A stretch of 63,102 nucleotides of DNA, the filler included, from a bacterium (GTDB lineage: Bacteria; JALSQH01), in NCBI GenBank assembly GCA_027004335.1. It is 13 parts of 13 records of this genome, joined end to end, with 100 filler letters (N's around TTAATTAATTAA, not from the genome) between each part and the next. Parts side by side here need not be neighbours in the genome. Positions count along the whole stretch, not along the records: positions 7,104 to 14,089 come from JALTID010000214.1; positions 14,190 to 21,170 come from JALTID010000215.1; 11 more parts are not named here. One strand, 5' to 3'. A model generated the notes under the pieces. That model saw nothing but the letters and a program-made list of their open reading frames with translations. It was not told the origin of the DNA and did no database searches. Both the position numbers and the translations under genes were made by a program. Positions 9,566 through 18,941 of this stretch are shown here, one piece after another; the first letter of the stretch is position 1, and each line of letters opens with the position of its first letter.

Positions 9566-10597
9566 TCACACCAGAATAATTATTATTAATATTATTGTTA
9601 AAAGAGCCACTGTGAGTAAAAGAGCCAAGTTTATTGTCTCCTTCTTCTCTTCCCAGCTTTCTGATGTTTCTTTTTGGATTTCGTGGGATAAATTCTGAAA
9701 AAAATTGTCAGCGCTCATACTATCATCAAGGTCATTCCCATTATTGAGTAACAACACATGTGAATCAGAAGGAATCTCTTTCATTGATTTAAGATATTCC
9801 ATCACCTCCTTTGCACTCTGGAATCTTTTTTCTCTATCTTTCTGGAGGAGTTTTTCCACTAGCCAGTCCCATTCAGGGGGAACAGAATCATTGTGGGAAG
9901 ATGGTGGTTGGGGTTCTTTATCAAGTATATTTCTTACAGTGGCCGCTATATTCTTTCCTGTGAATGGCTTAATCCCGGTTAAAATGTAGTAGGTTAGAAT
10001 CCCCACTGAAAAAAGGTCACTTCTTGGATCAACTTTTTCACCCTTTACCTGCTCGGGGGACATATAATTTGGGGAACCGATTAAATGTCCTGTCTTGGTG
10101 AGGTCTGAGTCCTCTATATGGGCGATCCCGAAGTCGGTTATTTTTACCCTATTATCTTCAAGTATGATTATATTACTTGGTTTTATGTCCCTGTGTATGA
10201 TTCCCTTTGAATGCGCATAGTTCAGTGCTTCTAATAGCTGGATCAGATAAATTTTCAGTGTAGTAATATCCACTTCTTTTTTTCTCGCCTTGGTTTCAAG
10301 AGTCTCCCCTTCTAAATACTCCATTGCTATAAATGGAGTTTCTCCCTCTTTCCCCACATCGTAGACAACCACAATCCCTGGATGTGACAAGTTTGCAGCA
10401 ATTTTAGCCTCCCTAATGAATCGCATATAGTACTGGTTTTTCTTTTCCTCTGAGATCTTAGTATCTGTGCGGAGAGTTTTCAGTGCAACTATTCGGTTTA
10501 AAAGAGGGTCTTCTGCTTTGTATACATACCCCATTGCTCCCTGGCCAATTTTCTCAAGGATTACATATCTGCCGAATTTTTTTTTCTCCTCTTCCAT
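9566..10597 (-). CDS. Hanks-type Ser/Thr protein kinase with a C-terminal TM anchor
   Basis: GQGAMG, VALK, HRDIKPSN, DFG, YMSPEQ, SDLFSVG; hydrophobic C-terminal helix. Confidence 0.95.
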   Translation of the reverse strand: MEEEKKKFGRYVILEKIGQGAMGYVYKAEDPLLNRIVALKTLRTDTKISEEKKNQYYMRFIREAKIAANLSHPGIVVVYDVGKEGETPFIAMEYLEGETLETKARKKEVDITTLKIYLIQLLEALNYAHSKGIIHRDIKPSNIIILEDNRVKITDFGIAHIEDSDLTKTGHLIGSPNYMSPEQVKGEKVDPRSDLFSVGILTYYILTGIKPFTGKNIAATVRNILDKEPQPPSSHNDSVPPEWDWLVEKLLQKDREKRFQSAKEVMEYLKSMKEIPSDSHVLLLNNGNDLDDSMSADNFFQNLSHEIQKETSESWEEKKETINLALLLTVALLTIILIIIILV

Positions 10598-10672
10598 TAT
10601 TTTTCATTATATATTTAGAGGGAGGGGAAAGTCAAAGTAAAAAAGTGGCCTGGCAATAAATTTCTTGAAAAT

Positions 10673-10700
10673 TTGACAATATCTTTCATTTATGTATAAT
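10673..10700 (+). promoter_or_regulatory. Consensus sigma70 promoter of comM (probably leaderless)
   Basis: TTGACA-N16-TATAAT followed 7 nt later by the ATG. Confidence 0.75.
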
Positions 10701-10707
10701 AATTTTC

Positions 10708-12224
10708 ATGAATTGTTATATAAAGATTTACTCAGCGACATTGAGAGGAGTTGAGGCTATTCCGGTAGAGGTGGAGGTAAATATCTCAGCTTCTGCTTTT
10801 CCAACTTTTGTGATTGTGGGGCTTGGTGATAACGCTGTTAGGGAGAGCAGGGAGAGGATAAGATCAGCTCTTTCATATCTTGGATTTAAACTCCCTTCAA
10901 GAAAAATCGTTGTTAATCTTGCACCGGCGGGTTTTAAAAAGGAGGGGACTTTTTATGATCTTCCTGTTCTACTTGGAATTCTATNNNNNNNNNNGCAGGG
11001 GAGGTGGCTCTCAATGGGGTGATAAGGAAGGTAAATGGGGTTCTGCCCATAGCATTGATGAGTAAAAGAATGGATATGAAATTGATTATTCCAGCGAGTA
11101 ATTATCATGAGGCATCAATTGTTAAGGATCTCCCTGTCTGGGGAGTCAAAAATGTTAAGGATCTTGTAGATGCCCTTTTGGATGCTGAAACAGAGTTTGA
11201 AATCGGTGATGTTCCCTCTACATCTATTCGTCCGAACTATCCTGTTGATTTTTCTGAAGTAAAAGGGCAGGAACAGGCTAAAAGAGCTTTGGAAATAGCA
11301 GCAGCGGGTGGACATAATCTTCTCATGGTTGGTCCTCCTGGTTCAGGTAAGTCAATGCTGGCAAGAAGGCTTCCAACTATTTTACCCCCCATGAATTTTG
11401 AGGAAGCACTGGAGACCACAAAAATATACTCTATAGCGGGTCTTCTTAAAAATGAGGGGTTATTGACCACGAGACCTTTCAGGTCTCCCCATCATACTAT
11501 TTCCGACGCGGGGCTCATTGGAGGGGGAAACCTTCCAAGACCGGGTGAGGTAACACTGAGTCACAATGGGGTACTTTTTCTTGATGAATTACCCGAATTC
11601 AAAAGGGGGGTTCTTGAAGTTTTGAGACAGCCTCTGGAGGATGGGGTGGTAACTATTAGTAGAGCTTCCGGAAGTATTACATATCCTGCAAGATTCATGC
11701 TTGTAGCTGCTATGAATCCTTGCCCATGTGGTTATTTTACTGATCCTCATCACGAATGCACATGCACCATAAGTCAGATACAGAGGTATCAGCAGAAAAT
11801 TTCTGGGCCCCTCATGGATAGAATAGATATTCAGATTGAAGTTCCTTCTATTGAGTATAGAGAGCTTGGAGCAAAGATGAGAGGAGAATCATCTTCATCT
11901 ATAAGGAAGAGAGTTGAAAGGGCAAGAATGCTTCAGTGGGAAAGATATAAAAATACAGGTTTTCATACCAATAGTGCTTTGAATCCTGGAATGATAGAGA
12001 AGTACATATCTCTCTCCGTTAGTAGTATGAAGTTACTTGAAACAGCTCTTGTAAAATTTGGCTTGAGTGCAAGAGCGTATCATAGAATTATGAAAGTTGC
12101 AAGAACAATTGCTGATCTGGATGAGGAGGACAATGTGAGAGAACATCATATAGCAGAGGCTATTCATTATAGATCTTTTGATAAATTGAATTTCAGAATA
12201 AGATCAATTTCTCAGGAGGTGTAA
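10708..12224 (+). CDS. comM: YifB/ComM family Mg-chelatase-like AAA+ ATPase; one gene interrupted by the 10-N gap at 10985-10994
   Basis: VEVEV, VGL.D.AVRESRER, NLAPA; GPPGSGKS, RPFRSPHH, LFLDE, AMNPCPCG, LSAR..RI.KVARTIADL. Confidence 0.93.
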
Positions 12225-12225
12225 T

Positions 12226-12402
12226 ATGAAAGATGTTTATGTGATCATTGAGAGAGAAGATGGAAAAGATCTCTGGCAGAAAATCGGGACTGCCTTTGAG
12301 AACAGGGATGGTTCTCTCAATATCTATCTCAACTGTATGCCCTTAACTGGAAAACTTCATGTAAGGGAGAGAAATAACGGTGAAAAGAAGGGGGGGGAGT
12401 AA
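12226..12402 (+). CDS. Small 58-aa protein missed by the ORF track (MKDVYVIIEREDGKDLWQKIGTAFENRDGSLNIYLNCMPLTGKLHVRER...)
   Basis: Strong AGGAGG SD, ATG 1 nt after the comM stop, ends within a terminator; W.KIG.AF.NRDGSLN..L..P..G.L motif. Confidence 0.8.
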   Translation: MKDVYVIIEREDGKDLWQKIGTAFENRDGSLNIYLNCMPLTGKLHVRERNNGEKKGGE

Positions 12403-12419
12403 TCCCTCCCCTATTTTTT
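12389..12419 (+). terminator. Rho-independent terminator, probably bidirectional
   Basis: AGGGGGGGGA-GTAA-TCCCTCCCCT hairpin, T-run on the right and A-rich on the left, between convergent genes. Confidence 0.75.
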
Positions 12420-13997
12420 CAGTCTTACCAGGTGGAGTGATGTTTCAATGTTATCCCCTTCATCTATGGAGACCTTAAAAATCTTTTCTTTGTATCCCTC
12501 TACAGTTATGTCAACTTCTACATCGCCAGGTGCAAGATAGAGTTTAAGAAATCCGTTTTCCTCTTCAAGCACTTTGTATCTGCTTGCTTTTATTTTATAG
12601 TTAAATTTGTTAAGCAACTTACCTTTATTTCCCTTAATATGAAGTATGAGAATCCCATGGGGATACTCTAACTCCTGCAAAGATATCCTGACTACCACAA
12701 TTTTACCTGATGGTACCTCAACAAATTGCGAAACTGGCTGATAATAGGGAGAAGTAACTGATAAAGTATAAACTCCAGGAGATAACCCTTTTATATCAAA
12801 AATTCCTGATGAATCAGTTTTTGTCACGGAATTTGGAAATGCCGAGATTCTTACTACTGCATCTTTTACCCCGATTTCATTAGACCTCACATATCCTAAG
12901 ATGCCGCCTTTTTTAATTTTTTCTTTTAAGGCAAACTGGTAAGAATTTTTTGTTGAAGGTGAAACAGTTACCTCTGTTGTTAAGGTTTGATAATTAGGAG
13001 ATGTTATTGTGATAGGGTAGGAGCCCTTTTTTATTGATGGAAAGAGAAAAACAGGGGTGGTCTGGGTCTGAGTATAGAGAGGACCAATTTTTATAGTTAC
13101 AGGGCTTCCCTCTTTAACCCCTTTTACCCTGATTCTCAAAGTTAAGGTTAGAGGCTTTTTGGGGATGGGTCTGGCAAAGTATTCACCTGTAAAGGTTAAA
13201 AAGGCGTAAAATTGAGTATTGGGATAGTCAGGATATCCATCTATATGCTTTGAGAAAAGTTTCCAGCGTATCTGATGTTGAAGGTATATTCCCCGATATA
13301 TCTTGAAATTAATCCCCGTATATAGAAATACTGGATTGTTAAAGAAAGATATACCGGAGTTATAAAGAACTTGCTGATAGAGTTTTAGGTATGGAGTGTA
13401 ACCGTTACCCATGAAGGAGAGATTAAGGGAAAGTGGGGTCCATGTGTAATCTATCTCCTCCCATGCAAGTTGTTCAAAAATGGTAGGTTTTGCAGGAGTA
13501 AAATTTATTCTTCTATCGTAGAAGTAACCGAGATCACCGATGAACTTGATTTTTCCCCATTTGTATTCTGCAAGGATATCCATGCGGTAGCTGGATGTGT
13601 CACTGAGTCTGCTGCTCCCCTTTACAGGAGCAAAAAGCCACAGGGTACCGAATAAATAGAGATTTAGCTTTTTATAAAAGAAAAATTTGTACACTGCAGA
13701 AAATCTAAGATCACTACCTGAGTAAAGCCATCGGGAGTGTGGGTAGTTGTTGTATGTACTTGAGAAGAAAAGCTTCCCATTCACCCATAGTTTGTTTAGG
13801 GGGGAGTAAGTACCTCCAAGGGAAATTTTGTAACCTTTTATTAGAGAATCTGGGAGTAGATCCTGCTGTGAGAAGTAGGAAATATTACTTGTTACAAACC
13901 ATTTGTTCTCAGGATATAAAAGGAAAAAATCTTCATTTTCAGCAAGGAGGGGGAGCTGAAAAAGAAATAATATCAACAAGAAAATCACTTTTCTCAT
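12411..13997 (-). CDS. Secreted/outer-membrane protein: beta-rich N-terminal half + three carboxypeptidase-regulatory/PEGA-like beta-sandwich repeats
   Basis: Signal peptide (LPLLA/E); aromatic amphipathic strands; repeats G.Y.ITITSP.YQ, G.YTLSVTSPYYQ, G.VEV.ITVEGY. Confidence 0.7.
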   Translation of the reverse strand: MRKVIFLLILFLFQLPLLAENEDFFLLYPENKWFVTSNISYFSQQDLLPDSLIKGYKISLGGTYSPLNKLWVNGKLFFSSTYNNYPHSRWLYSGSDLRFSAVYKFFFYKKLNLYLFGTLWLFAPVKGSSRLSDTSSYRMDILAEYKWGKIKFIGDLGYFYDRRINFTPAKPTIFEQLAWEEIDYTWTPLSLNLSFMGNGYTPYLKLYQQVLYNSGISFFNNPVFLYTGINFKIYRGIYLQHQIRWKLFSKHIDGYPDYPNTQFYAFLTFTGEYFARPIPKKPLTLTLRIRVKGVKEGSPVTIKIGPLYTQTQTTPVFLFPSIKKGSYPITITSPNYQTLTTEVTVSPSTKNSYQFALKEKIKKGGILGYVRSNEIGVKDAVVRISAFPNSVTKTDSSGIFDIKGLSPGVYTLSVTSPYYQPVSQFVEVPSGKIVVVRISLQELEYPHGILILHIKGNKGKLLNKFNYKIKASRYKVLEEENGFLKLYLAPGDVEVDITVEGYKEKIFKVSIDEGDNIETSLHLVRLKK

Positions 13998-14189
13998 TCT
14001 ATATACCTTTTAAGTTTCTCTTCTTTTTATCCTATTAAATTATGATTTGTTTGTCAATTTTAGGAAAGTTTTTTCAATCCATTGTGGAGNNNNNNNNNNN
14101 NNNNNNNNNNNNNNNNNNNNNNNNNNNNNNNNNTTAATTAATTAANNNNNNNNNNNNNNNNNNNNNNNNNNNNNNNNNNNNNNNNNNNN

Positions 14190-14912
14190 TCCCAGTCCAC
14201 CGCCAATATCAAAATACTTGATGTTGGCTCCTATTTTTTTTATCCGATCTATTAGTTCAAGAAGTTTTTCCATTGCTTCCACAAAGGGGCTCACCTCTAT
14301 TAATTGGGAGCCAATATGAGCATCTATTCCGATCACTTCCACATTTTTCATTTTAAGGGCTTTCTCGTATGCCTTTAGGGCGTAATCCCATGGAATGCCA
14401 AATTTATTTTCGCTTAATCCTGTGGAAATATAAGGATGGGTTCCGGGATCAACATTGGGGTTTACCCTGAATGAGATTCTGGCTTTTTTACCCAGTTTTT
14501 CTGCAATTTCATCTACTACCTCAAGTTCAGCTTCCGACTCCACATTAAACATAAGTATGTTGTTTTCAAGTGCAAACTCAATTTCTTCATCAGTTTTTCC
14601 TACTCCTGAGAAAACAACTTTAGAGGGATCTCCACCAGCTAAAAGTACCCGGTATAGTTCTCCTCCTGACACAATGTCAAAACCACTCCCCAGTTTTGCA
14701 AGGGTTCTCAGCACAGCAATGTTTGAATTTGCCTTAACTGAGTAACATACCAGATGCTCCATATTTTCAAGAGCTGAATCAAATACTTTATAATGGCGTG
14801 TAAGTGTTGCGTGGCTGTAGAGATAGAAGGGAGTGTCTACTTCTGCTGCGATTTCTCCCACCGGCACACCCTCAGCATAAAACTCATTTCCTCTATATTT
14901 GAAGTGATTCAC
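14190..14912 (-). CDS. lysA: Diaminopimelate decarboxylase (3' truncated)
   Basis: TPFYLYS, YSVKANSN, DIVSGGEL, HPYISTG, KFGI, HIGSQ, DIGGG. Confidence 0.96.
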
Positions 14913-15868
14913 TCTTCTCCTCCGATCTTAATGCTATTTGAGAATGGACTTTCATTACCATCTTCGTCCACGGCAGTAATAGTATAATAACAATTTTCAT
15001 CTTTTTTACAACTTCTGTCCATATAGCGGTTACCTTTGGTAAAACTGAGGAATTTCCACTTGTCTTCAAAATTGTTTTTTTTGTAAATTCTGTAGTAAAG
15101 AAGGTCAGGAACATTAACAGAATTCCAGAAGAGCAGTATCTTCCCCCCCTTTCTAATACCACTTAGTGAAGATGGTGGAGGCGGTGGGATTATATCTTTT
15201 GTGTAAATGGAAATAGACCTTGAAATTTCACTGGCGCAGAGGAATTCTTTTTCACATGTTATTACTCCCTGTAGTGCTATGTAATATTTTTTGTGTAGGT
15301 GTAGAGAAGTTAAAAGTATTTTTCTCCGTTTTTCAGATAAAAAAGAGATGGGAGACAGGCTTTCAGGTGAATTCCCAATGTAGAGGATCACTCCCTCCAC
15401 TTTTTTTCTGCTTTTCCATAAGATTTGAACTCCATTTTCTAATAGGGTTGTTTTTTTGATGGTTGGTGGAGGTATGTGTGGTAATGGAGGTAGATACATC
15501 CACTGAGTTGGAGGACTTTCTCCGTAGTTGGATAGTAGGGTCAATCTGAAAAAAGTTACCCCACTGGTTATGGGAAGCTTGTAAATATTTTTTGTGAATT
15601 TCAGATTGACAAGGTAAAAGATTTTTTCCTTTCCCGGGGCATATAGTTTCACAGCAATTGGCTTGACTTTGTAGTTATTGATCTTTTTTATCTTTGCTTT
15701 TAAAAATACAACCCCTTCTTCAGGAGAAACAATTACTTTTATGATCTCAGGGGGAGAGGGTACAAGAGAGTTTCTTGGGATGAGAGGTCCTCTTCTCCCA
15801 CATGAAAAAAGGAATAGAGAGAAAATTAATATGGTTGGAAGGAGTTTTTTATAAATTTTTTCCGCCAT
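14909..15868 (-). CDS. Lipoprotein with LptM/YifL-like N-terminal motif and fibronectin type III domains
   Basis: Lipobox LFSC followed by CGRRGPL.P; FN3 signature Y.ITAVD.DGNES. Confidence 0.75.
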   Translation of the reverse strand: MAEKIYKKLLPTILIFSLFLFSCGRRGPLIPRNSLVPSPPEIIKVIVSPEEGVVFLKAKIKKINNYKVKPIAVKLYAPGKEKIFYLVNLKFTKNIYKLPITSGVTFFRLTLLSNYGESPPTQWMYLPPLPHIPPPTIKKTTLLENGVQILWKSRKKVEGVILYIGNSPESLSPISFLSEKRRKILLTSLHLHKKYYIALQGVITCEKEFLCASEISRSISIYTKDIIPPPPPSSLSGIRKGGKILLFWNSVNVPDLLYYRIYKKNNFEDKWKFLSFTKGNRYMDRSCKKDENCYYTITAVDEDGNESPFSNSIKIGGEE

Positions 15869-17238
15869 TCCAGCTGATTCCTGTATTTATAGAGCATTTT
15901 TTTTACCTGTTCAGGTGAAGTTCCACCAGGTATATTTCTCAACCTTGCAGATGTTTCAGGTTTTAAGTATTTATATACATCTTTTTCAATTTTGTCAGAA
16001 TAGTTTTTCATTTCTTCAAGTGAAAGTTGATGGAGTTCTACACCTTTTTCTTCAGCGTCTGCTACAATTTTACCCACAATGGAGTGAGCATCTCTGAAGG
16101 GGATTCCTTTTTTGACCAGATATTCGGCTAAGTCAGTAGCAGTCAGAAACCCTCCTGTAAGTATTTTTTTTGTGTTTTCTTTTTTTATCTTAAGGGTAGA
16201 GAGCATCTTCTCAATTGCTCTTAGAGAAAGGAGAATATTTTTGACAGAATCAAAAAGTGGCTCCTTATCCTCCTGAAGGTCTTTATTGTAGGTAAGGGGT
16301 AATCCTTTCATTGTGGTGAGAAGAGATACGAGATTGCCATAGATCTTCCCTGTTTTCCCCCTCACAAGTTCTGCAAGGTCAGGATTTCTCTTCTGAGGCA
16401 TAATACTGCTGCCTGTGGTGTATCTCTCAGCTATTTCAACAAGGTCAAATTCCTTACTTGACCAGAGGATCAGTTCCTCTGCCATTCTCGACAGATGCAT
16501 TGCAAGGATAGCTGAAGCATTTAGAAAGATCAGGATAAAATCTCTGTCAGAAACTGCATCCATACTATTTTCTGTGAGAAAGTGGAATCCAAGGAAATTT
16601 TTTACAAATTCTCTATCGATATTGAGAGTTGTCCCTGCAAGGGCAGCAGAACCCAGAGGCATATGATCAGCTTCTCTGTAAGCTTCCACAAAATGGGTAA
16701 AATCTCTATTAAGCATCTCATAATATGCAAAAAGATGGTGAGAAAATAGCACTGGTTGTGCCCTCTGGAGGTGTGTGTAACCGGGAATAATCACATCCAG
16801 ATATTCCTCTCCTTTTGAAAGAATGGCCTGTTGAAGTTTGAAGATCGTCTCTCCTATTTCAATAGATTTTGCTTTGATATACATTCTTACATCCAGAGCC
16901 ACCTGGTCGTTTCTGCTTCTGGCAGTATGAACTTTTTTGCCTGTATCACCTAATTTCTTTATGAGTTTTTTCTCAATGTGCATGTGGATATCTTCATCTT
17001 CAATGGGAAATTTATGCTCTGGAGAAGATAATTCCTTTTCTATCTCGTATAGGGCTGTAACAATTTTTTCACCTTCTTTCTCACTTATAATTCCCTGTCT
17101 GGCCAGCATCTTTACATGAGCGATGGAACCCTCTATATCAAAGGGGAAGAGCTCATGGTCAAATGTAATTGAGGCATTCATTTCATCAACAAAGCTGTCT
17201 ATTTCGTCTTTAAATCTTCCTTTCCACAATTTTGCCAT
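15826..17238 (-). CDS. argH: Argininosuccinate lyase
   Basis: LW.GRF, EDIH, HTARSRNDQV, GYTHLQRAQP, GSSIMPQKRNPD, YNKDLQEDKE. Confidence 0.98.
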   Translation of the reverse strand: MAKLWKGRFKDEIDSFVDEMNASITFDHELFPFDIEGSIAHVKMLARQGIISEKEGEKIVTALYEIEKELSSPEHKFPIEDEDIHMHIEKKLIKKLGDTGKKVHTARSRNDQVALDVRMYIKAKSIEIGETIFKLQQAILSKGEEYLDVIIPGYTHLQRAQPVLFSHHLFAYYEMLNRDFTHFVEAYREADHMPLGSAALAGTTLNIDREFVKNFLGFHFLTENSMDAVSDRDFILIFLNASAILAMHLSRMAEELILWSSKEFDLVEIAERYTTGSSIMPQKRNPDLAELVRGKTGKIYGNLVSLLTTMKGLPLTYNKDLQEDKEPLFDSVKNILLSLRAIEKMLSTLKIKKENTKKILTGGFLTATDLAEYLVKKGIPFRDAHSIVGKIVADAEEKGVELHQLSLEEMKNYSDKIEKDVYKYLKPETSARLRNIPGGTSPEQVKKMLYKYRNQLEWRKKFIKNSFQPY

Positions 17239-17241
17239 GAT

Positions 17242-18030
17242 TTATCCCTCTTTTTTCCCCAATTCTATGCTTCTCTCATAGGCTTTTCTGACTCCTTCAA
17301 TGATGATTCCCCTCAAGCCACTTCTTTCAAAAACCTCCAGTGCGGCGATTGTAGTGCCACCCGGGGAGGATACCATATCTCTCAACTCTGCTGGGCTCAT
17401 TTTTTCTCGCAGTAAAGCAAGACTACCTTCTCCTGTGCCAATTGCGAGTTTAAGAGCTAAGTCTCTGGGTAAGCCCACCCTTACCCCGGCCATCATCAGA
17501 GCTTCAATAAATGTGAAAAAATAGGCGGGACCGCTGCCACTGAGGGCTGTTACAGCATCCATCAGTTTTTCATTATTTATCCAGTAAAATTCTCCGACGG
17601 ATCTGAATATATTTTCCACACTTTTTCTATCCTCCTTACTGAGGGCTGGATTATCAAGGATCATTGTGACTCCTTTCTTAACCAGTGCCGGAGTATTGGG
17701 CATTGTTCTGACGATTTTCACATTTTTCAAAGGGGAGTAAGTAGATGTTGGTTTCCCCGCTACAATGGAAATTAGTATTTTATTTTTAAAATCGGTGTCT
17801 TTGATCTCATCAATTACGGTGTCCAGAACCTGAGGTTTTACAGCCACTACAATAATATCAGAAGCTTCAATTACTTCAATGTTGTTTTTTAATATGGCTA
17901 CCCCTAATTCTTCAGCTTTTCCTCTGTCAGCTGCAGGATCGAAGGAAAAAATTTCTAAAAAAAATCCCCTATCAAGACCACTGATTATGGCTTTTGCCAT
18001 ATTCCCGAAGCCAATGAATCCTATTTTCAT
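17242..18030 (-). CDS. proC: Pyrroline-5-carboxylate reductase
   Basis: GFIGFGNM, VKPQ, RTMPNTP, SGSGPAY, SPGGTT. Confidence 0.97.
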   Translation of the reverse strand: MKIGFIGFGNMAKAIISGLDRGFFLEIFSFDPAADRGKAEELGVAILKNNIEVIEASDIIVVAVKPQVLDTVIDEIKDTDFKNKILISIVAGKPTSTYSPLKNVKIVRTMPNTPALVKKGVTMILDNPALSKEDRKSVENIFRSVGEFYWINNEKLMDAVTALSGSGPAYFFTFIEALMMAGVRVGLPRDLALKLAIGTGEGSLALLREKMSPAELRDMVSSPGGTTIAALEVFERSGLRGIIIEGVRKAYERSIELGKKEG

Positions 18031-18044
18031 TTTTTATCTCCTCC

Positions 18045-18743
18045 TCAGGTAGGTCTGGGCCCAAATATTGCCGTACCTATTCTAACTATCGTAGCACCCT
18101 CCTCTATTGCCACTTCAAAATCAGCGCTCATCCCCATAGAAAGGTGGGGAAGTTTTATTTTAAATTTCTTTTCAATTTCTTCTTTTATTTCTCTCATTTT
18201 CTTAAAATATGGTCTGATTTTTTCTCCCGTGTAGGGTGGGGGAATGGTCATAAATCCCTGAAGCTCAAGATGTGGTTGCTCCAATGCAACTTCAACGATT
18301 TTATCCACATCCTCAGGTTCTACGCCGCCTTTGGTCTCTTCACCTCCAACATTTACTTCAATAAGAAAAGGTTGTTTTCTCCCTTCACATCTTTTAGCAC
18401 TTTGTTTTTCCAGTTCAAGGATTAATTTTTCTGAATCCACACCGTGGATCAAAACAAATTTACCCACTACATATTTAGCCTTGTTTCTCTGGAGCCTACC
18501 GATAAAGTGCCAGTTAATATCAGTGATTCCTTTCTGCTGGATGAATTCCATTTTCCCCAGTGCTTCCTGAACATAATTCTCTCCGATATCCTTCAATCCA
18601 GCCTTATATGCCTCAATTATCTTTTCTGCAAGATGCTTTTTAGAAACTCCTAAAAGAGTTATGTCTTCAGGATTCTTACCTGTTTTTTTAGCAGCTTCTT
18701 TTATTCTTTCCCTGACCAGAGCAAGATTGTTTGAAATAGACAT
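18045..18743 (-). CDS. yggS: PLP homeostasis protein YggS
   Basis: VSK, GENYVQE, WHFIGRLQRNK, LSMGMSADFE.AIEEGAT.VRIG. Confidence 0.97.
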   Translation of the reverse strand: MSISNNLALVRERIKEAAKKTGKNPEDITLLGVSKKHLAEKIIEAYKAGLKDIGENYVQEALGKMEFIQQKGITDINWHFIGRLQRNKAKYVVGKFVLIHGVDSEKLILELEKQSAKRCEGRKQPFLIEVNVGGEETKGGVEPEDVDKIVEVALEQPHLELQGFMTIPPPYTGEKIRPYFKKMREIKEEIEKKFKIKLPHLSMGMSADFEVAIEEGATIVRIGTAIFGPRPT

Positions 18744-18766
18744 TATCTCTTCCTTTTTTATTCAAT

Positions 18767-18806
18767 ATTTTATTCTTAAAAGGGAGTAAAAGCAAATGAT
18801 TTGCTT
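18767..18806 (-). promoter_or_regulatory. yggS operon promoter overlapping a 17-bp palindrome
   Basis: Minus strand TTGCTT-N17-TAAAAT; palindrome AAGCAAAT-G-ATTTGCTT at 18790-18806. Confidence 0.55.
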
Positions 18807-18940
18807 GAAGTGCGCTGACCCTATACAAGAATCAAGGCAGATATAGAGATATCCCTACTTTTAGTGCATCGGGACGGTACCTACGACAATGGGTTGCTGT
18901 GGATTCCCTGGTGGGTGGGCTGAAGGCCCGCCCATATTTC
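18807..18940 (+). ncRNA. Candidate small structured RNA, family not recognised
   Basis: About 53% GC island in AT-rich intergenic DNA, ending in a GC hairpin. Confidence 0.3.
18911..18940 (+). terminator. GC-rich hairpin / terminator-like
   Basis: GTGGGTGGGC-TGAAG-GCCCGCCCAT then ATTTC; G-U pairs favour the + strand. Confidence 0.55.
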
Positions 18941-18941
18941 C

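Noticed and set aside
10985..10994. comM split in two (comM is a known mobile-element insertion hotspot)
   Set aside because: The break is a 10-N gap with only a short stretch of protein missing; no integrase or att sequence is visible. Reads would be needed to fully exclude an insertion
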